A stretch of DNA of 17,698 nucleotides, from the IMG/VR virus record IMGVR_UViG_3300000292_000161; one strand, 5' to 3'. Positions 1 through 8,483 of the stretch are shown one piece after another. The translations under genes were made by a program, and so were the position numbers. The first letter of the stretch is position 1, and each line of letters opens with the position of its first letter. The DNA is from a virus (lineage: Duplodnaviria; Heunggongvirae; Uroviricota; Caudoviricetes). The notes beneath the pieces are model-generated. The model was not told the DNA's origin and made no database searches. It saw only the letters and a list, made by a program, of their open reading frames with translations.

Positions 1-321
1 ATGTTCAGGCTTGTTGTCCTGCGCGCGCGTATTGCTCGTGAAATTGCTGTAACCAATAGTGATGTCCGAAAAAACCTCCGTTCTCACATGAAACAGCCAT
101 GTGCAACTGGTAACTGAATAGACTGGTAGACCGTTCGTTCAGTAAATACCTGATATTTTCGCCAACGAGAAATTGCGTTGGCTGGCAGAGTGCAAATTTG
201 CACGATGACCTAACCCATTGATTTTTTCGAAAACCTACAATGCAGGAAGCCGGATAACACCATTTTTATAGCTCCGATCCCTTCAAAGTGAGGGGGAATT
301 TGCCAAAACAGAGAGAGAGCA

Positions 322-609
322 TTACTGTCTCTGGCAATCTTTATCGCGATAACGCCTGAAGTACCCTCTCGCTTCCTCATCCATACCAAGAGCCGAATGA
401 GTCCGCTTAACTGCCTGTCTTAAATCTCCGAATCTGTCTGTAGTTGCTGGTGGGCGTGCCGCCTTACGGATACATTCAGAGCGTCTGTTTGCTGCATGTT
501 CACGTTCTTTATCGCCATCTGCCAGCATCATGACTTCTGCCCATCGTGCGGCAGCTCTCCGGTATAGCCCTTTTGACTCCAGCTCTTCAGCTTTCCTGTC
601 CCTTATCAT
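322..609 (-). CDS. small basic regulatory protein, tentatively PerC-family-like transcriptional activator
   Basis: 95-aa ORF with ATG at 609 preceded by GAGAGG about 6 nt upstream. N-terminal AEELESKGLYRRAAARW resembles my recollection of PerC-type activators; family assignment is unverified. Confidence 0.5.
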   Translation of the reverse strand: MIRDRKAEELESKGLYRRAAARWAEVMMLADGDKEREHAANRRSECIRKAARPPATTDRFGDLRQAVKRTHSALGMDEEARGYFRRYRDKDCQRQ

Positions 610-645
610 TTCTGCCTCTCAGATTATATAGATAAGCAAAAAGGT

Positions 646-766
646 GTTGGTTCAGTTGGTTCAGTTGGTTTAATTTGTAAAGATCGTTGTTTTTATTGTG
701 TTTTTTCTGAAATGTTGAACCAACATCAACTCATTTTGAACCAACACAGCCCAGCTCTGAACCAAC
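646..766. repeat. iteron array: three tandem direct GTTGGTTCA copies followed by three inverted TGAACCAAC copies at 21-bp phasing
   Basis: Read directly: GTTGGTTCA at 646-654 and 655-663, GTTGGTTTA at 664-672; TGAACCAAC at 716-724, 737-745, 758-766. Lies in the divergent region between the 322..609 and 869..1312 genes. Confidence 0.8.
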
Positions 767-818
767 AACACAGCGATAGCTTTGTGATTGGTCCGTTATT
801 TTCTGGCTGATATTTGAG

Positions 819-851
819 CGTATAACAGTGTTATACAGTGGTATACTGTAT
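819..851. promoter_or_regulatory. operator-like imperfect repeats and palindrome just upstream of the RHH-like gene
   Basis: TATAACAGTG / TTATACAGTG / GTATACTGTAT; ATACAGT-GGTAT-ACTGTAT inverted repeat at 833-851, about 18 nt before the ATG at 869. Confidence 0.35.
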
Positions 852-868
852 GGATATTACTCACTGAT

Positions 869-1312
869 ATGGTCTTTGCAATGAGCAAATCTAATCTGAT
901 CGCGTTCCGCATCCCATCTGAATTGCAGGATGAGTTTAATCGGTCTGTTCTCGCTTCTGGAGGGGATAAAACCTCCTGGCTTGTTGATGCGATTCGCATG
1001 AAGCTGGGACAGCCGGAAAAGTCTATTGATTCACGAATGCTTGGGCTGGTGGAGCGCATGGAAAAAGCCGCTGCGTCGCTTATTGCCGGAAAGCCGAACA
1101 TCCCACCAAAGCCATATAACGAAACGGCAGTTATAAAGATCATTGCCGATACCATCCAACAGGGATTTGATAATGGGCGTGTGATAGCGGAACGGCTCAA
1201 TGAAGCAGGCTATCAAACAAAAGCTGGTAAAGCATGGGATAAAGACATTTACAGCGCGTGGAAGCGTCAGGGAAGCAATGCTGAAAAGTTATCAGTGGCT
1301 CTAAGAATGTAG
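869..1312 (+). CDS. putative ribbon-helix-helix (Arc/CopG-like) DNA-binding protein with C-terminal extension
   Basis: 147-aa ORF; alternative ATG at 881 (MSKSNL). N-terminus NLIAFRIPSELQDEF...SWLVDAIRMKLG fits a beta-strand/helix/helix RHH pattern. No clear SD for either start. Confidence 0.55.
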   Translation: MVFAMSKSNLIAFRIPSELQDEFNRSVLASGGDKTSWLVDAIRMKLGQPEKSIDSRMLGLVERMEKAAASLIAGKPNIPPKPYNETAVIKIIADTIQQGFDNGRVIAERLNEAGYQTKAGKAWDKDIYSAWKRQGSNAEKLSVALRM

Positions 1313-1328
1313 CCCTATATTTTGATTT

Positions 1329-1706
1329 TTAGACGTGCTCGGAGAACAGGTAGCGTGCCATCACTAAAACAATGCCAAAGACTTCAGCGAGGGTTCCCCC
1401 CATAAATAGGTTTATAACGAAATCACTAAAATGGAGCAGTTTTGCTCCAATAAGGACAAAAATCCCATTCATAACTAATAGCTGGCCTATCAGAATGCCG
1501 ATAAACCACCGAGCAAACATTTTTTTCAGTTTTGTGTCTGTTTTTAAATCTTTTGTTTTTGCACGCTGATGGGCTTTGGCTGGATCCTTATCATTTAGAT
1601 GTGTGAGGGTTTTTGCTGATGGAGATGAGCCAGAGGCTGGTTCACCTCTGGCTTGTCTTGCCGCTTGCTTTAGTTTTTCAGATATAGCGTAAGATCTAGA
1701 CGTCAT
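1329..1706 (-). CDS. small membrane protein (polar/basic N-terminus, two C-terminal TM helices)
   Basis: 125-aa ORF; ATG at 1706 lies 3 nt after the TGA of the upstream ImmA-like gene (coupled). Hydrophobic segments FIGILIGQLLVMNGIFVLIGA and GGTLAEVFGIVLVMARYLF. Confidence 0.6.
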   Translation of the reverse strand: MTSRSYAISEKLKQAARQARGEPASGSSPSAKTLTHLNDKDPAKAHQRAKTKDLKTDTKLKKMFARWFIGILIGQLLVMNGIFVLIGAKLLHFSDFVINLFMGGTLAEVFGIVLVMARYLFSEHV

Positions 1707-1709
1707 TAC

Positions 1710-2198
1710 TCATCGAAGCCCTAAATTCTTTAGGCGATAACGTATAGCATCATCGGATACACCAAAATAGGAAGCCATCATTACTGGTGCATATCCTGCA
1801 TTGTTGAGGCGTCGAACCTCTTTTTCTGGCATGAGAAGACATGCTGCAAAGTTATTGGCGAATATTTCTTCGCTGTCTACACCTTGGCTTGCCAGTTTTC
1901 CGCGGTAATCAACAAACTCATATTCAAGTGGCTGACCGTTCTCAGTTCGTTTGACGTAATGCCCTAACTCATGCGCACACGTAAATCGTTTGCGCACGTT
2001 ACTATCATTACGATTGAGTATGATTACTGGATCTTGTTCTGGCTCTTTCAGCAATGCGCCTGAAACATCATCATCAAGCGTGGTTTCAACAACATCCAAC
2101 CCTAACTCATTGGCAATCCATACTGGATCAACCGGGAATTTCCTATCGCCCCAGATATCTTTCAAGAGGGCATGTGCAGATGTATTCGACATGTTCAC
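1710..2198 (-). CDS. ImmA/IrrE-family (DUF955, COG2856) zinc metallopeptidase
   Basis: 162-aa ORF with HEXXH (FTCAHELGHYV) followed by the family-typical ANNFAACLLMP. Strong SD AAAGGAGGTGAAC immediately before the ATG at 2198. Confidence 0.85.
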   Translation of the reverse strand: MNMSNTSAHALLKDIWGDRKFPVDPVWIANELGLDVVETTLDDDVSGALLKEPEQDPVIILNRNDSNVRKRFTCAHELGHYVKRTENGQPLEYEFVDYRGKLASQGVDSEEIFANNFAACLLMPEKEVRRLNNAGYAPVMMASYFGVSDDAIRYRLKNLGLR

Positions 2199-2886
2199 CT
2201 CCTTTGATTATGGTTAAATAGTCGAAATTTTCACCACTTCCCTTGTGGATATATTTACATATAAAAGGTAACTAGTCACTAACCAACACAAATCTTTTTG
2301 AAGACAGATGGGGGGTGTTGAACGGTTTTTAAATGATTTCTTTGATTTTTAACAGCAATAAGGAGCATTTTTAATGAAATTAGACGTTGATAATAACTTT
2401 TTGAGCAATCTTTACATATCATGGTAGCCTTCTATGCTGTTTTTCCAACTAAAAGATTGGCACATTTATCCGCTGGTAGTGGCGTTTTTTCGCCGCCAGC
2501 GCCTCTCTGGTTCCATTCCTTACATCTGTTCAAATTCAGCAACCCTTGCCGCGATCTTGCCGTTATCGAGAAGCTCTTTCGCTTTTCGGTTAATACTATC
2601 GGTCTTCATATTGCCAGCAGCATACGCCATCCGATAATTTCGATGCTACGCGCGCGTACTTGTCGCAAAATATCAGGCAAAGGCCAGATTCAGAAAGTCG
2701 TGATAACCACCAGCACAACATGAGAGGTCATGTAACGCGATTTATCACACCAGATACATGTGATTGGTGTACCCGCATAAAACATCGTCATAGCGCGTCC
2801 TGTGCGCATATACGCCGATAATCAACACATCACCACCACTCTGTCTCGTGTAGAGAACAGTTTCATGGTATCCCCCGCCATCGTGT

Positions 2887-2949
2887 GCGTACTGGTCGGA
2901 CGTGGTTGCAAAATTTTTGCAACTGATACCCCTCGCGCGCGTACTGGTC
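2887..2949. repeat. two direct GCGTACTGGTC 11-mers flanking a perfect 19-bp palindrome
   Basis: 11-mers at 2887-2897 and 2939-2949; palindrome GTTGCAAAA-T-TTTTGCAAC at 2905-2923. Related (CG)4-containing copies at 2647-2664 and 3013-3027. Confidence 0.6.
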
Positions 2950-3142
2950 ACGAAATTGGTGTTTTGCTGTGGCAGTGATATCAGAAAAATCTTCCTGTTT
3001 CACATAAAGCGGATATGCGCGTACTGTAACGGCCCCATCAACGGGGAGCGGATTTGAAATCCCGACCCAAGCTATGTACCAAATGCCATGTCTTGGATAT
3101 ATGATGATTGCCATTCTAAACAAAGCTAAAGGGAGGGTTGGT

Positions 3143-3499
3143 GTGAGGGGGCAGGCAGTTATAATTATTTTGTTGGGTTTAATTGTCGCAAAGTTATACC
3201 CGACTTTATCGATGGTGTTTTTTGCCATTATTGGCGCAGCCATCTTTACTTATATCATTAAACATACCGCCTTGTGGTTCTATAAAATTGATATAGTTCA
3301 GAAGTTTGTACGTCCTGTGTCGATGTTATTACTAGCATTAATACCAATTGGTGTTGCTTATGTAATTGATGTTTTTTACCCTTCGGACACTGAAAGGTGG
3401 TTGATAGTTTTGTATTGTTATATTGGTGTAGCTCTCTTTTGTGGATTTCATTGGTGTTTCGAAAAGATCAATGACTCTATTTCAAAGAATAAAGATTGA
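3143..3499 (+). CDS. small integral membrane protein (3-4 predicted TM helices), AT-rich
   Basis: ORF is open from 3074; most plausible start is GTG at 3143 with SD GGGAGGG at 3131-3137 (ATG alternatives at 3074/3101/3104). Highly hydrophobic; convergent with the 705-aa gene. Confidence 0.6.
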   Translation: MRGQAVIIILLGLIVAKLYPTLSMVFFAIIGAAIFTYIIKHTALWFYKIDIVQKFVRPVSMLLLALIPIGVAYVIDVFYPSDTERWLIVLYCYIGVALFCGFHWCFEKINDSISKNKD

Positions 3500-3513
3500 G
3501 GCCATCCGTGGCC
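3500..3513. terminator. short GC hairpin between convergent stop codons
   Basis: GGCCA-TCCG-TGGCC lies between the stop at 3497-3499 (+) and the stop at 3519-3521 (-). Stem is only 5 bp with no clear U-tract, so weak. Confidence 0.3.
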
Positions 3514-3518
3514 ATTCA

Positions 3519-5636
3519 CTAGTCATTATCTGGATCATTAGATAGCCAAGTAATGATGCCCAGTCTGGCGATGGTCCGTTTTTCCTGTTCAGGAAGAGAG
3601 TTAAAAAAACTCTTCCATTGAGGGGAGCGCCTGATACGTGAATCAACAATGTGCCCAGGCGCTTTTCCGTGTAGATTTTTTACTGCGCTCTGGAAGGCTG
3701 GCGAGGCAATTAATTTATCCGCAGCATCAGCCGCCCCTGCTCCACCAGCTAATCGAGCTTTACTCGCCAATCTTGCTCCAATATCAGCCCCAGCAATGGC
3801 TCCAAGCGATCCAAAATGAGCGCCTACCATCGTGCCTATTTTTTGAATGTGTTTTGCTGCTAGTTCGTATGGAGCTGTTACCCGATTAAATCTGTTTACA
3901 AACTCATTCAGCTTACCAGTAGATATTTCATGCGCTTTAGCATTTTTTATTGCTCTGGCAACTTTGTATACATCATATAGTCCGCTCATTGTTTCTTTTG
4001 GCAAATGTTCAGCCAAAGTCTTTAGCTGTCCACTGTGTTGCAAGTTTTGCCACCAATCTGCAAAGCCAGATGGATTAAAGTCGGCCCCACGCTTCCCAGA
4101 GGAAAGCATATCTCTTAATGCTGTTCCTACTAGCTCCCTTCGCAATGTTCTTGATGGAGTATTTTGCATAATCTCACGAAACCCTCTCGCATCACCTTTT
4201 GCCATAGATTGAAGAGAATTCGTTACTTTATACGCTATATCCCCATTAAGTGTTTTCCCGCGAAGATTTACCATTTGCCTTTCTAAGTTTTTTCTCATAG
4301 CTACAAGGCGTTGTGCGACTTCGAAATCTCGCAAGTATCCAGTATTGGATAAGACAGATTTTTGGTCTTCAGCTAAAGCTCCATATAGTCTTGATAGCGC
4401 TTCTTTATCAGCATCTTTGTATGGCCCCTGCTTTTTATTTAGGGCATCACCAACTAAACGCCTTTGCCTGTTTAAATTTGCATACGTTAGGATGCTATCT
4501 GGGCCGGGGTTTATTGCTGTAAAAACTCGCTTTTCTATTGGGTCAAGATTATCCCACCCTCCTAAATCATCAGCGATTTTTTCCAGCATAGTGCTTGTGT
4601 TATTTGCTTCGACTTTTGTTCTTGGTGATAGAGCGGAATCAACACGTTTATATAACTGATCACTACGGTTTTTTAGTGCTTCCATTCTACTATTTATCTG
4701 ATAAATATATTTTTCGCTCATAGCTAACGCATCTGGCGCACCAGCAACATCATCGATTATCTTGTCAGCACTAGAGGCTAATTCGCTTATTGCTTTATCT
4801 TCTTGAGCTTTTAACGCTGATCCTGTCCGTGACTTTAGGGCTTGCTCTACAGCTTGGTATTGCTCATTTCCTGATAAATGAGAAGGAAGAACTGAATCAA
4901 CATGAAGCCTATTTGCAGCCTCAACAATTTCTTTCTGAGGTTTTAGATCTAGCCCTTCAAGCGAAGAGGCAAGATTTGGGTTGCCTTGTGCAGATAACTT
5001 ACGAATTTTCTCTTCGGCAGGAGTAATCCCCTCAATATCTGGAATCGAAGAAACATTCTTCTTGGTTAATTTCCCAGCTATTTTATTAATTGCAGGGCCA
5101 GCAAGTTCGGCTACAGGGCCAGCCACAGCGCCAATAGCAGCGCCGGAAGCAACATCGCTATTTGTTCCATTGGCTACAATAGCCCCTTCTCCAGCACCAA
5201 GCCCTACGGCGGCAGCCAGTCTTGCCGCCCCTTTGGGAACCTGAGAAATAATCCCACCACCACTAACAAATGGCGCTGCTTGTCCAACGAACTCACCAAC
5301 ATCTTGTGCGGTTGATGGTTTTGCCGCTAACTTCTGCTGTAGAGACTGAATTGCGGCTTGCTCTTCTGGTGTCATATCCTGAAACAGGCCAACACCTTTA
5401 CCAACATCCATCAATCCACTGAGAACGCCATACATAAAACGGTCGAAACCGTTAGCATTATTAACAACATTTTCCTGTCTGGAATTTTCCTCTGGTGAAA
5501 CCAAAGGTGATTGCTGCTGTTCTGGTTGGGCATCAAGCACAAAACCATCAGGAAGCTGTGAACTATCAGGAAACTGTGAGTTATCAGGTTGTTCATCGAG
5601 CACAAAACCTTCCGGTAAGATTACATTTGCTGCCAT
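3519..5636 (-). CDS. hypothetical 705-aa protein, repeat-rich N-terminus, Gly/Ala-rich low-complexity tracts, C-terminal glycine-zipper-like segment
   Basis: ATG at 5636 with AGGAA 7 nt upstream; overlaps the upstream gene by 16 nt. N-terminal repeats LPEGFVLDEQP / LPDGFVLDAQP; C-terminal GAHFGSLGAIAGADIGARLA; no Walker or nuclease motifs seen. Confidence 0.8.
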   Translation of the reverse strand: MAANVILPEGFVLDEQPDNSQFPDSSQLPDGFVLDAQPEQQQSPLVSPEENSRQENVVNNANGFDRFMYGVLSGLMDVGKGVGLFQDMTPEEQAAIQSLQQKLAAKPSTAQDVGEFVGQAAPFVSGGGIISQVPKGAARLAAAVGLGAGEGAIVANGTNSDVASGAAIGAVAGPVAELAGPAINKIAGKLTKKNVSSIPDIEGITPAEEKIRKLSAQGNPNLASSLEGLDLKPQKEIVEAANRLHVDSVLPSHLSGNEQYQAVEQALKSRTGSALKAQEDKAISELASSADKIIDDVAGAPDALAMSEKYIYQINSRMEALKNRSDQLYKRVDSALSPRTKVEANNTSTMLEKIADDLGGWDNLDPIEKRVFTAINPGPDSILTYANLNRQRRLVGDALNKKQGPYKDADKEALSRLYGALAEDQKSVLSNTGYLRDFEVAQRLVAMRKNLERQMVNLRGKTLNGDIAYKVTNSLQSMAKGDARGFREIMQNTPSRTLRRELVGTALRDMLSSGKRGADFNPSGFADWWQNLQHSGQLKTLAEHLPKETMSGLYDVYKVARAIKNAKAHEISTGKLNEFVNRFNRVTAPYELAAKHIQKIGTMVGAHFGSLGAIAGADIGARLASKARLAGGAGAADAADKLIASPAFQSAVKNLHGKAPGHIVDSRIRRSPQWKSFFNSLPEQEKRTIARLGIITWLSNDPDND

Positions 5637-6964
5637 TTTCCGTTCCTGTAAATGATTTTCTGACCAGTTTTAGGGTTGGTTGCCGTTGCGCCTTCTGATA
5701 TTCCTCCGGTTGCCGCTTTTGCCTGTCCAGTGCCAGCCTGTGATGTAGGCTGCCCGGAAACATCGTCAAATAGCTTCGCTTTCCTTCTTTCAAGGCTTTT
5801 TCTTAGCCCCTGAGGAATAGTTTCTCCATATGTATCGAGATACTCGTCAACCTGCTGGTTAAACTGCTGCCCCATAGCATTGGCGTTGATTTTTGCGGCG
5901 TTAACAATGTTATCCTTTGCCTCCTGCGACAGGCCGTTTCCAGCATTAAGCTGGTCTATGTATCCTTTGATTTGTCCCCATATGCCATCAGACCGCATTA
6001 CCTGAACCTGTTCGCCTTCACGAACGACTGACTGCGGGTCAAGAGATTTCATGTAGTTGAAGATAATCCCAAGTTGGGCAGCGCCAGTATTTACCTTGCT
6101 AAGGGCTTGCAGAGAGTTTGCCGCCGCTCTGACAGAGTTATAATTTTTGCCAAAATTGGTAATGTCAGAATTTAATCCCTTAATTAAGTCTGCTGACGGC
6201 TTACCTTTTTGCCCCAGCTCCATTAGCTTCAATCCCATCTCATCTGAGTGAATTTGTGCTCGCTGAGCCCTGTCTAGTTGAGCGTTCTGGATATTTGCCC
6301 ATCCTCTCGCGTTCTCCATGTCAGCCTGACGCATACTTTCATCCAGTCGCCCTTGCTCAAGTCGACGACCTTCCATTTGATCTTTGATATCGAAATACTT
6401 CTCATGACCGAGAGAAAACAGCGCCAGATTACCTGCGAAATGCTGGAAGCCCTGCGGGTCATTAACCTGCATTTCAGCAATAGTTTCTGGAGGGATACCT
6501 AAACGACGCATCTCCTGCTCATTATCCATCATGAACCTGCCAAATGCGCCCTGACCAAGCGATGAGGCTACCTGTGCTTTGAGCGCCAGATTGCCATAAT
6601 CATCCCTTTGAGCATCATCGACATAACTCATCCCTTTACGGACTTCCTCAAACTCTTCTGGGAATGCTGTAATAAGATTACGCATCTGCTCCCTGTCACC
6701 GGACGCATAAGCATCTGCATAACCTTTCTGGAATGCCGCTTTACGTTCCTGCTGTTGCTGCTGCTTATAAATGTCAGCAACTCCAGCCAGACCACGAAGA
6801 CCTGTCAGAGCAACGTTATTTGCACCTGAGCGAGCCAGTTCATTGTTTTCGCGGATCAGACCAAGCGTTGCGTTAATGTCGCTTGCCTTTGGCGCATTCT
6901 CATTTTGCGCACCGATGCCAGCCAGAAAACCACCAGAATTAATACCCTGTTGCCACGTAGCCAT
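5621..6964 (-). CDS. hypothetical 447-451-aa Gln-rich, probably coiled-coil protein
   Basis: ATG at 6964, 4 nt after the TAA of the 57-aa gene (in-frame GTG at 6976 is the alternative start). Contains poly-Q KQQQQQERK and many Q/E/R heptad-like stretches; no catalytic motif recognised. Confidence 0.8.
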   Translation of the reverse strand: MATWQQGINSGGFLAGIGAQNENAPKASDINATLGLIRENNELARSGANNVALTGLRGLAGVADIYKQQQQQERKAAFQKGYADAYASGDREQMRNLITAFPEEFEEVRKGMSYVDDAQRDDYGNLALKAQVASSLGQGAFGRFMMDNEQEMRRLGIPPETIAEMQVNDPQGFQHFAGNLALFSLGHEKYFDIKDQMEGRRLEQGRLDESMRQADMENARGWANIQNAQLDRAQRAQIHSDEMGLKLMELGQKGKPSADLIKGLNSDITNFGKNYNSVRAAANSLQALSKVNTGAAQLGIIFNYMKSLDPQSVVREGEQVQVMRSDGIWGQIKGYIDQLNAGNGLSQEAKDNIVNAAKINANAMGQQFNQQVDEYLDTYGETIPQGLRKSLERRKAKLFDDVSGQPTSQAGTGQAKAATGGISEGATATNPKTGQKIIYRNGKWQQM

Positions 6965-6968
6965 AAAT

Positions 6969-7142
6969 TTACCCACGTCCAGTTAAAGTGTAAGCCAGCG
7001 CCTTATCCATTAATCCCCGAGCAATTTCGTGGATCGTTGGCGCAACTCCTACCTCTGATTTTTTACGCTGCTCCTCCTGAATTTTCTTTATCGCTTCCAT
7101 TTGCTTCTCACTTATCAATACTGGCTTTACTGAAATAGCCAT
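6969..7142 (-). CDS. 57-aa putative DNA-binding regulator (possibly ribbon-helix-helix), first gene of the cargo operon
   Basis: The 100-aa ORF trimmed to the ATG at 7142, preceded by AAGGGGGG. Sequence MAISVKPVLISEKQMEAIKKIQEE..TIHEIARGLMDKAL; function inferred from size and position only. Confidence 0.5.
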   Translation of the reverse strand: MAISVKPVLISEKQMEAIKKIQEEQRKKSEVGVAPTIHEIARGLMDKALAYTLTGRG

Positions 7143-7236
7143 AACGCCCCCCTTAGAACTGTATAAAACAACAGTCATTATAGTTTCATAAAACGCAACA
7201 TTCATCATTGTGATTGCAAAATATGAAACAAATAGC
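7143..7236 (-). promoter_or_regulatory. candidate promoter of the 57/451/705 operon
   Basis: Perfect -10 TATAAT on the minus strand (plus-strand ATTATA at 7177-7182), about 35 nt upstream of the ATG at 7142. The -35 is poor; sits just downstream of an intrinsic terminator. Confidence 0.35.
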
Positions 7237-7271
7237 ACAAAAAAATGCCACCGTTCAGTAGCTGGTGGCAT
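7237..7271 (-). terminator. rho-independent terminator for leftward transcription
   Basis: Minus-strand RNA would form AUGCCACC-(11-nt loop)-GGUGGCAU followed by a U7 tract (plus-strand A7 at 7238-7244). Confidence 0.6.
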
Positions 7272-7636
7272 CGTTCTGTATGTCAGGTTTTGACAGTTTT
7301 TTTATGGACTCTAAAAACTATATTTATGGAGTCGCATTACTCTTCACGGCAGGCGCTTTCCAGTTCTGCCCTTGCTTCTGGCTCCATTGGTAATTTGATT
7401 CGCGATCAGCTATGCGGATGGTTTGCTGAACAGGCATAACAACATCTCAGAGGCTATTTTTTGAACTACGAAAATTTCGTAGTGCTCACCTTCAAAAACG
7501 TCACGCCCTTGTACACTGGATTTTACAAAAGTCTCGTAAAACTCTTTGCTGTTCTGGGCTATGTGCCAAACCGCAGCGAATACCTCCGTCTGCCAGATGA
7601 GCAAAACATACCTTATAAAGAAAATCGCTGTTTTTG

Positions 7637-7740
7637 CTGTACCACCTGTACCACCATGTCACAAACCCTTGTGTGGCGCGGCCTGCAGGTGGTACAGGTG
7701 GGTAAAAATGACCTCTCCCCACCTGTACAGACCTGTACCA
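7637..7740. repeat. iteron cluster 2 (GGTGGTACAGGT family, both orientations), crr-like
   Basis: CTGTACCACCTGTACCACC at 7637-7655, GGTGGTACAGGTGGGT at 7688-7703, CACCTGTACAGACCTGTACCA at 7719-7740. Confidence 0.75.
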
Positions 7741-7745
7741 TTTAT

Positions 7746-8483
7746 TTAATTTTTACCCATAGCAGCACATAATCCCTTTTTTGAAATATTGAAAAATGCG
7801 TTCATTCTTCCCGCTGGCTTAACCTTGTAGCCGCTTGCCACCATCGCCGCAATAAATGCTCCGTTGGGGATATAGTGCGGGTGATCACTGTGCTGGTGGT
7901 TTATCTGGTTATATCGCTCCACTTCATGCTTCAACGTGTCAGATGTGGGGTTATCCTGCGGGAAGCTCTCAATCTGGGCATTACTCATCCCGTTGTCTCT
8001 GATCCATCTCAGGCAGCTTTTCGCCGATACGATAAATGACGGGTTATCAAGCGGGTTTTCCCAGTCCGCATTCCGGTTGTGGAGCGCCAGTCCGTCAAGG
8101 TTAAATTGTGGGTATTCAGCGGTAATTACTGTCACTGCGTGGCGGATTTCAGTCTCGTCACAACATGGCTCATCTCCCACACCAGCAGGGTAATAATCTG
8201 AACCACCGGGACTGATACAGCGTTTACCACTGAAAGGCCATTGCTTCGCCATTTCGGGTGTTGAGTGATTACCGTCGCTCCGTTCGCGCTGTGCCTCTGT
8301 CCACTGGCTGGCATATTCAGTAAATGAAACTCTTTGCCCCTGGCGCATCCAGTGCGCAATCATAATTAAAGTGCGTTCCAGACTTTGGATGTCGCCAGCA
8401 TTCCCGCACTGTGTAGCGAAACTTTTTAATTCTTCGCGCTCCGTTCTGGTCATTCCCTGCAGTATGCAATAGTTATTGTTCAT
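7746..8483 (-). CDS. hypothetical 245-aa protein
   Basis: ATG at 8483 with SD AGAGAGGT; overlaps the 3-prime end of the upstream 76-aa gene by 11 nt. No motif recognised. Confidence 0.75.
   Translation of the reverse strand: MNNNYCILQGMTRTEREELKSFATQCGNAGDIQSLERTLIMIAHWMRQGQRVSFTEYASQWTEAQRERSDGNHSTPEMAKQWPFSGKRCISPGGSDYYPAGVGDEPCCDETEIRHAVTVITAEYPQFNLDGLALHNRNADWENPLDNPSFIVSAKSCLRWIRDNGMSNAQIESFPQDNPTSDTLKHEVERYNQINHQHSDHPHYIPNGAFIAAMVASGYKVKPAGRMNAFFNISKKGLCAAMGKN

Noticed and set aside
840-870. LexA (SOS) box upstream of the RHH-like gene (TACTGTAT...)
   Set aside because: The left half-site fits but the right half (TTACTCAC) does not match the CTG-N10-CAG consensus.
1031-1216. ORFs 796..1200 (-) and 1031..1216 (-) antisense to the RHH-like gene
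   Set aside because: Antisense shadow ORFs with no start signals; the plus-strand frame has the more protein-like translation.
2640-3030. CRISPR-like array suggested by the recurring GCGCGTACTG motif
   Set aside because: Copies are short, irregularly spaced (from about 50 to over 230 bp) and not uniform; no cas genes are present.
3030-3080. Possible tRNA 3-prime fragment or att core (GGGGAGCGGATTTGAAATCCCGACCCA)
   Set aside because: The T-arm-like segment cannot be folded into a proper 5-bp stem with a 7-nt loop, and no acceptor stem or CCA context is present. It is more likely a palindromic site; the real att/tRNA is probably beyond the right edge.
2421-3243. ORFs 2421..2723 (+), 2434..2637 (+), 2745..2951 (-), 2863..3243 (-)
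   Set aside because: Poor composition, no ribosome-binding sites, and they overlap repeats or lie antisense to the membrane-protein gene; likely spurious or gene remnants.
3519-5636. Pore-forming colicin-like toxin with the convergent TM protein as immunity
   Set aside because: The arrangement is suggestive, but the C-terminus is charged and lacks the long hydrophobic helical hairpin of colicin pore domains; kept only as an analogy.
7410-7772. Small ORFs in the iteron region (7410..7604 minus, 7461..7772 plus, 7501..7722 minus, 7546..7749 plus)
   Set aside because: They start with non-ATG codons or lack an SD, overlap the iterons and the 19-bp palindrome, and overlap each other. The 7410..7604 frame has tolerable codon usage but cannot be supported without comparative data.
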